From positions 1-48,611 of the forward strand of contig JAISFI010000019.1 in the NCBI GenBank assembly GCA_031263685.1: 48,611 nt of DNA. Direction: 5' to 3'. This document shows, in pieces, positions 43,310 through 48,611 of the stretch. The translations under genes and the position numbers were made by a program. The notes under the pieces were generated by a model. The model did no database searches. It was given only the letters and a program-made list of their open reading frames with translations, and was not told the DNA's origin. How positions within the stretch are numbered: position 1 is the first letter of the stretch; each line of letters starts with the position of its first letter. This DNA comes from Dysgonamonadaceae bacterium. GTDB lineage: Bacteria; Bacteroidota; Bacteroidia; Bacteroidales; Azobacteroidaceae.

Positions 43310-45351
43310 ATATTATACGATACTCCGCCCATCAACCAGAAACCCGGTTGAGGAAGATTTCCCAAGTCATAATATGTAACATTCAGTAAATTATTTGCCG
43401 TCAGGTGAACTTGCAAACGATTCTGCCGCCAGTTAAGTTTGACATCCAGCAAAGAAAAAGCAGGATACGCAATTTCCTTTCCCGTTGCGACATTATTTTC
43501 ATATTGCGTATAACTCCCTTCCCGTTGCTGCCAGCGAAAGCGCCAATCGGCGCTCCATTTCTTGTAAATCGGATGAGATAATCCGGCAGTAAATTTATGG
43601 CGCAGATGATCCAGCACATAATTGGAAATCCAGTTGCCGGCATCTTTGTCCTGATATAAATACATATATCCTAAGTCCAGGCGTGTGCTGGATAATATAG
43701 CGATAAGTTCCTTTAGTCGGAAAGAACAACCGGCTTCAAAACCTTTTTTATTCAAACCGGTAAAATTACGCGATTGCCATTTATCATCGGGATTTCGTTT
43801 GACCCAATCAATCAAGTTGTGTCCTTTCATGTAATAAGCGTTAACATAAGCGCTTACAAAAGAATGTTTGTAATCAACACCAACCTCAAGAGCTTCCGAT
43901 TTTTCCGGTTGTACATCGGAATTTCCTTCATGAGTTGCTCCTTTATAGTATAAGTCGGTAAACGTGGGGATACGGGTCGCTTTACTCCAGGATGCAGAAA
44001 TCTTGAAATAGTCAGTTAACCGGTAAGCGGCATTAACATGGGGATACAAACCGCAATCCTCTTTGAATGCCGTATTATAATTAGCCAATAAACCGATACT
44101 CAGCGTGAATGAACGATATAAACAAGTATGTTCAAAAAAATAACTGATATTACTGCGATTGTCCGTCAGTTTATAATTGCCCTGATTATAGATGGAATCC
44201 CTCCCCAAGTTAGAGCTTAAAATCCCTTCATTACGAAGTTCTCCGCCAAAATTGGTAATTCCTCCTGTCCACTTATATTGTAGATTGAGGTTGAAGCCGA
44301 AGACATCCGTTCGGTGGTCGTTAGGCGCCGTGTAGCTGTCGGGTATATTAAGAGTACCCGGACGAAATAAATGGAAAGTATCGTAATGGCGGTTCCAGTA
44401 AAGTTGAGGAATGAATTTAAGCGTCGTTCCGGCCTCTCCCTTGATAGCGGCAAAAATGGAACGGGTATCATCAAACTGATTGGGATAAGCTGCAGAATAA
44501 AACGTATTTGCTCCGTATGCCTTGTCATTCAGTCCGAATAGAACATTCAATTGGGAAACATCCGTCCGGAAATTGCTTTGCCAAAGCGCATTAAACAATT
44601 TAAAATCACTGTTATTCATATAGCCGTCGGCAGCGCTGTATCCGGCAGAAAGACTGTGGTTTGCAGATGCTGTTTTCAGCGATCCACGAACATTTGCGCC
44701 CCGGAGAGCATGCATACCTCCTTCTACATTCAATGAAACACCGGTGTCCGAGTCCTTTTTGGTGACGATATTAACGCCTCCGGAAAAAGCGCCGGCGCCA
44801 TATAACAGAGAAGTGGGGCCTTGAATGATTTCGATACGTTCGATGTCGGAAAGATTGACTGGAAAGTCGAGATTGTAGTGAGCAGTTTGTGGATTGGTCA
44901 GGTTAACGCCATTGAGCAGGATAGCCGTTTGTTCAAAAGTTCCGCCACGCATGGAGATACCGGCTAAAACGCCCTGGCTTCCTCGCTGGCGGACGTCCAC
45001 GCCAACGACATTTTTCAGTAAGTCCTGAATACTTTGGACGGCCTGTCGCTCCACTTCTTCACGGGTAATAACCCGGAATATTTTCGCCGTCTGATTAAGC
45101 GTCAATTCTGCTTTAGATGCTGTAACCATCACCTCTTCCAGTTCATGATCCAAATCTTTCTCCGAGAGTGAGGATTGAATTTCATGTGCCTGTGTTTGTG
45201 CCTGTGAGGATACATGCGTAAAAGTCAACATGCAAATGGCTATTACGCCAGTGCTTACTGCCTTATGCATACTGTTAAAAACGGCATAAGTTTTCCTTGT
45301 AAACCGTTTGAAACGGAATACTTTTCGTTTGTTAAAAATTTGATACTTCAT
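43303..45351 (-). CDS. TonB-dependent outer-membrane receptor (BtuB/Cir-like, no SusD partner)
   Basis: 682 aa. It has a TonB-box-like EEVMVTAS, a plug domain (IRGGTFEQTAILLNGVNL-type, IERIEIIQGPTSLLYGAGAFSGGVNIVTK), a beta-barrel, and a terminal aromatic-rich strand. Its 3' end overlaps rsmE by 7 nt (convergent). Confidence 0.85.
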   Translation of the reverse strand: MKYQIFNKRKVFRFKRFTRKTYAVFNSMHKAVSTGVIAICMLTFTHVSSQAQTQAHEIQSSLSEKDLDHELEEVMVTASKAELTLNQTAKIFRVITREEVERQAVQSIQDLLKNVVGVDVRQRGSQGVLAGISMRGGTFEQTAILLNGVNLTNPQTAHYNLDFPVNLSDIERIEIIQGPTSLLYGAGAFSGGVNIVTKKDSDTGVSLNVEGGMHALRGANVRGSLKTASANHSLSAGYSAADGYMNNSDFKLFNALWQSNFRTDVSQLNVLFGLNDKAYGANTFYSAAYPNQFDDTRSIFAAIKGEAGTTLKFIPQLYWNRHYDTFHLFRPGTLNIPDSYTAPNDHRTDVFGFNLNLQYKWTGGITNFGGELRNEGILSSNLGRDSIYNQGNYKLTDNRSNISYFFEHTCLYRSFTLSIGLLANYNTAFKEDCGLYPHVNAAYRLTDYFKISASWSKATRIPTFTDLYYKGATHEGNSDVQPEKSEALEVGVDYKHSFVSAYVNAYYMKGHNLIDWVKRNPDDKWQSRNFTGLNKKGFEAGCSFRLKELIAILSSTRLDLGYMYLYQDKDAGNWISNYVLDHLRHKFTAGLSHPIYKKWSADWRFRWQQREGSYTQYENNVATGKEIAYPAFSLLDVKLNWRQNRLQVHLTANNLLNVTYYDLGNLPQPGFWLMGGVSYNIQ

Positions 45352-45404
45352 TTTTATTATTTAAAATTAGACGGCGCAAAGGTAATAATTCACGCGCAAA
45401 GGTT

Positions 45405-45854
45405 CTACTTCTTAAATGCATAATATTTATTGTAAAAAAAGTTCAACAACGTATAGCTCACGATTCCTATCAACTGACAAATATATGCCGCCGTAAGTGT
45501 ATACGCCTTATAACGAATGGGAGTAATTATATCGGATTCATTGAGTAACAGCACAATACCCAACTGTATCAGGTAGCAACAGGCAAACCCTGCTGAAAAT
45601 TTAAGGAAAGATTTTTTCCAACTCACACTACTGTTGAAAGTCCACTTGCGGTTGAAGACGAAACTGTTGATTACGCCGGCAACAAATCCGAAGATATTGG
45701 CGATCGACATCGCCAAAGGCGAAGCTTCTGCATCACCGTTCACTCCAAAAAGGAATTTTAGAATAACCCAAATAATAAATGCCGTCAGTAATGTATTACT
45801 CACACCAACTATCCCGTACTTGATTAATTGTACAAAAGAATTTTTACCTTTCAT
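45405..45854 (-). CDS. GtrA-family membrane protein
   Basis: 149 aa with 4 TM helices. It has LIKYGIVGVSNTLLTAFIIW at the N-terminus and FNRKWTF in the middle, typical of GtrA-like proteins. Confidence 0.75.
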   Translation of the reverse strand: MKGKNSFVQLIKYGIVGVSNTLLTAFIIWVILKFLFGVNGDAEASPLAMSIANIFGFVAGVINSFVFNRKWTFNSSVSWKKSFLKFSAGFACCYLIQLGIVLLLNESDIITPIRYKAYTLTAAYICQLIGIVSYTLLNFFYNKYYAFKK

Positions 45855-46581
45855 GTGCTGTTTTTTCCAATTCTTTTTGAATTTCCTTGGGGCTGTAAAT
45901 TTTCACATTGGTAAGTAAATAGCCCGCATCCATAAAATCACCATATTGATTACATTCCACGATAAGATTATCCAATACTCCTTTGATATTGATACTGATT
46001 TCTATCAAAAAAAGCAATGTGACATAGTTTTCTTCAATATGTAACTCGTCTATGAACCCTTCATTTTTTTCTATTTGAAAAGGAAATTCCCGTTCTATTA
46101 ATTCTTTTTGATAAGAAGAAAAAGGTTTCAGATGCTTGGATTTCAGCAACGCAAAAAAGCGTAATTTACTACCTCGTCCTCCCAAGCCGGTAGAAATAAA
46201 TATCTGTTTTTCGCCCGACAATTCCATTTCCAAAGAAACCCGCGCTACCATTAAAGACATGTCCGCCCAATCTTTCAGTTCCGGATTCGGGTGACTGGCA
46301 TACGATTCCAATGCTCTATATGCAAGCACATTACCCGACTGGGCTAATACTGCCATGTAATACTTTTTATCTTCCTCCGGCGAATCGGGCGTATTGATAA
46401 TGTTGATTTGCTCTTCAACAGGAATGGGCTTGACCGCAGCATTGCGCCTTACATTCTCCGAGAAATGGAAGTACTCCATTTGCTTTTCTACAGGAACATT
46501 CGTTTCCAGTATACGCAAATGCTCTTTCACCTTACTCAGAGAATGACGAATTTCTTCAAGTTTATCTATGTCGTTTTTCAT
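45844..46581 (-). CDS. Hypothetical cytoplasmic protein
   Basis: 245 aa with an ATG start. It has no motif I recognise. It overlaps the GtrA start by 11 nt. Codon usage looks like that of the neighbouring genes. Confidence 0.5.
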   Translation of the reverse strand: MKNDIDKLEEIRHSLSKVKEHLRILETNVPVEKQMEYFHFSENVRRNAAVKPIPVEEQINIINTPDSPEEDKKYYMAVLAQSGNVLAYRALESYASHPNPELKDWADMSLMVARVSLEMELSGEKQIFISTGLGGRGSKLRFFALLKSKHLKPFSSYQKELIEREFPFQIEKNEGFIDELHIEENYVTLLFLIEISINIKGVLDNLIVECNQYGDFMDAGYLLTNVKIYSPKEIQKELEKTAHER

Positions 46582-46697
46582 CTACGCGCAAAGATAATGC
46601 TTTTTTAGTATTGGAAAATAATAATCGACCTTTATTTAAACAAATTCAAAATAAACAGTTTTATTTTCTATGAATTTTGAAGAATTTTACCGACCTT

Positions 46698-46723
46698 TGT
46701 GATTTGAAAATGTGATTTGAAAA
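46698..46723 (+). repeat. Perfect 13-bp tandem duplication TGTGATTTGAAAA x2 just upstream of feoAB
   Basis: Positions 46698-46710 and 46711-46723 are identical. The repeat ends 11 nt before the ATG at 46735. Confidence 0.9.
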
Positions 46724-46734
46724 ATTCCCCACAC

Positions 46735-48611
46735 ATGAAACTGTCCGAACTAAAAGCCAGTGAAAAAGGAATCATCGTTAAAGTCTTCGGTCGAGGTGCT
46801 TTCCGCAAGCGTATTATCGAGATGGGATTTATTAAAGGTAAACCGGTGGAAATCGTCCATAATGCACCACTCAAGGATCCTATCATCTATAAAATTATGG
46901 ACTATGAGGTTTCTCTACGGAGAAAAGAAGCCACATTAGTAGAAATTGTTTCCGAATCGGAAATCAAAAAGATACAGGAATCACAAGACAATAAGCACCT
47001 GACGGTCGAAAACGATGAGTGGTACGAAGAAGCCATTCAACGTAGTAAAGTCATACAAGTCGCATTAGTCGGAAATCCTAATTCGGGGAAAACCTCCCTG
47101 TTCAACATCGCCTCCGGATCGAAAGAAAGAGTCGGCAACTACAGTGGCGTGACGGTCGACGCGAAGGAGGGTGTTTTCAAATATAAAGGATATACTTTCA
47201 AGCTGATAGACCTTCCCGGAACATATTCTCTCACAGCCTATTCACCGGAAGAATTGTATGTACGGAAACAAATCTCCAACGGAAATCCGGATATCATCAT
47301 TAATGTGGTTTCCGCCTCCAATCTGGAGCGAAATCTGTATCTGACAACACAATTAATCGACATGGACGTCCCGATGGTCATCGCTCTCAACATGTACGAC
47401 GAATTGGAAGCATCCGGAGCAACGTTCGACTATGATATGTTGAGCATCTTAATCGGTAGCTCCATTGTTCCTACTGTCAGTAAAACAGGCAAAGGAATTG
47501 AGCAACTTTTCGATAAAGTTATATCGACTTACGAAGGAGAGAATCCCGTTGAACGGCATATCCACATTCATTACGGCGAAGTGTTGGAACAAGCCATCGC
47601 AGAAGTTAGTCGGGAACTGAAGAAAAATGATTTGACAGAAAAAATCCCTCCCCGTTTTATCAGCATCAAACTACTGGAAAATGACAATGAAATCGAAAAA
47701 TACGCCAATAAATTTCCCAACGCCCGCGAAATATTGGAAGCTCGGAACAAAGAAGCCCAAAAAGTCCTTTCTTTTCTGAAAGAAGATTGTGAAACCGCAT
47801 TCACGGACAAACGTTATGGATTTATCGATGGTGCCCTGAAAGAAACTTACCGGGAAGGGAAAAAAGACATCTTGAAAACGACGCGGATGATTGATTTTTT
47901 CGTCACCCATAAATACTGGGGATACCCTATTTTTTTCCTGTTCATGTTTCTCATGTTTGAAGGTACTTTTATCTTAGGAGAATATCCGAAGGAATGGTTG
48001 GAGGATTTAGTAAAACTGATTTCTGGCACAGTCGAAAATATGATGCCGGAAGGGGCATTGAAAGCACTGATTGCTACCGGCATCATCGGAGGCGTAGGCA
48101 ACGTATTGGTTTTCCTGCCGTACATCGTTATCCTGTATTTGTTTATCTCTTTTATGGAAGATTCCGGATACATGGCAAGAGCCGCTTTCATCATGGACAA
48201 ATTCATGCATAAAATAGGACTGCATGGAAAATCTTTTATCCCGCTGGTGATGGGATTCGGATGCAACGTACCCGCTATCATGGCTACACGAACGATTGAA
48301 AGCCGCAATTCCCGATTAATTACGATACTGATTAGCCCCTTGATGTCCTGTTCGGCCAGATTACCGGTGTATATATTATTTGTAGGCGTTTTTTTCAGTA
48401 AATATCAAGGATTTATATTGCTGCTGCTGTACATTACCGGCATTATGCTGGCGGCAATCACGTCCCGTCTCCTCAAAAAATTTCTGATAAAGGAAGACGA
48501 CATTCCTTTTGTGATGGAGCTTCCCCCTTATCGCCTGCCAACTGCCAAGGCTATTTTTCACCACATGTGGGGCAAAGCTTCCCAGTATATGAAAAAGATG
48601 GGAGGAATCAT
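46735..48611 (+). CDS. feoB: Ferrous iron transporter, FeoA-FeoB fusion (partial, runs off window end)
   Basis: Not in the track because there is no stop in the window. Manual translation gives MKLSELKASEKGIIVKVFGRGAFRKRIIEMGFIKGKPVEIV... (FeoA), then VALVGNPNSGKTSLFN, LIDLPGTYSL and ALNMYDE (the FeoB G-domain), then the membrane domain. The frame was checked at 47059 and 48565. Confidence 0.9.
   Translation, partial: MKLSELKASEKGIIVKVFGRGAFRKRIIEMGFIKGKPVEIVHNAPLKDPIIYKIMDYEVSLRRKEATLVEIVSESEIKKIQESQDNKHLTVENDEWYEEAIQRSKVIQVALVGNPNSGKTSLFNIASGSKERVGNYSGVTVDAKEGVFKYKGYTFKLIDLPGTYSLTAYSPEELYVRKQISNGNPDIIINVVSASNLERNLYLTTQLIDMDVPMVIALNMYDELEASGATFDYDMLSILIGSSIVPTVSKTGKGIEQLFDKVISTYEGENPVERHIHIHYGEVLEQAIAEVSRELKKNDLTEKIPPRFISIKLLENDNEIEKYANKFPNAREILEARNKEAQKVLSFLKEDCETAFTDKRYGFIDGALKETYREGKKDILKTTRMIDFFVTHKYWGYPIFFLFMFLMFEGTFILGEYPKEWLEDLVKLISGTVENMMPEGALKALIATGIIGGVGNVLVFLPYIVILYLFISFMEDSGYMARAAFIMDKFMHKIGLHGKSFIPLVMGFGCNVPAIMATRTIESRNSRLITILISPLMSCSARLPVYILFVGVFFSKYQGFILLLLYITGIMLAAITSRLLKKFLIKEDDIPFVMELPPYRLPTAKAIFHHMWGKASQYMKKMGGI

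Noticed and set aside
1-48611. tRNA, rRNA, tmRNA, RNase P, riboswitches, integrases and prophage or ICE borders.
   Set aside because: I saw no tRNA-like T-arm/acceptor patterns, rRNA-like tracts or conserved ribozyme motifs by eye, and no recombinase genes. An Infernal/tRNAscan run would be the decisive check.

Overview
This 48.6-kb chromosomal segment reads as Bacteroidota, probably Bacteroidales-like. The signals are a Bat aerotolerance operon, T9SS C-terminal sorting domains, an rpmB-rpmG-DUF4295 cluster, a FeoA-FeoB fusion, and five intergenic matches to the Bacteroidetes sigma-A promoter TTTG-N19-20-TAnnTTTG.

Layout:
(i) 1-12.2 kb is a SusC/SusD-less glycan-degradation cluster. It holds an alkyl-sulfatase-like fragment, an Rpn/PD-(D/E)XK transposase-like gene and a GH2 beta-mannosidase. 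It also holds two divergent FG-GAP/VCBS propeller proteins with T9SS CTDs, one carrying a nested GH43 module, and a clan GH-D alpha-galactosidase-like enzyme.
(ii) 12.2-23.7 kb holds housekeeping and stress genes: tex, a beta-propeller lipoprotein, dps, an XRE HTH, pyrK-pyrD, EamA, rlmD, a tandem USP and a small HTH.
(iii) 23.8-33.0 kb is a nine-gene moxR-DUF58-x-batABCDE-PAP2 operon.
(iv) 33.2-48.6 kb holds an HU pair, rimO, ftsY, DUF4295-rpmG-rpmB, a GT-like gene, lon, a Cys-less thioredoxin-fold gene, a BFN/UVR nuclease, rsmE, a TonB-dependent receptor, GtrA, a hypothetical gene and feoAB, which runs off the window.

I saw no rRNA, tRNA, CRISPR, integrase or recognisable defence system. Most of the window is ordinary core genome, and I do not see a convincing new multi-gene system.

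The least-explained signals are mostly non-coding:
- a 21-bp tandem array (11 full units plus one degenerate) filling the spacer upstream of the beta-mannosidase gene;
- a ~770-bp ORF-free AT-rich tract with clustered TTTACAAA/TTTGTAAA motifs upstream of the XRE gene;
- a duplicated 33-bp motif between the divergent FG-GAP genes;
- a perfect 13-bp tandem duplication at feoAB;
- several stem-loops;
- the nested GH43-in-propeller architecture.

Several ORF-track starts are TTG/GTG extensions, and I trimmed these to an internal ATG where the N-terminus supported it. Three genes are missing from the track: two run off the window edges and one is 51 aa. All family assignments come from motif recognition by eye; no searches were run.
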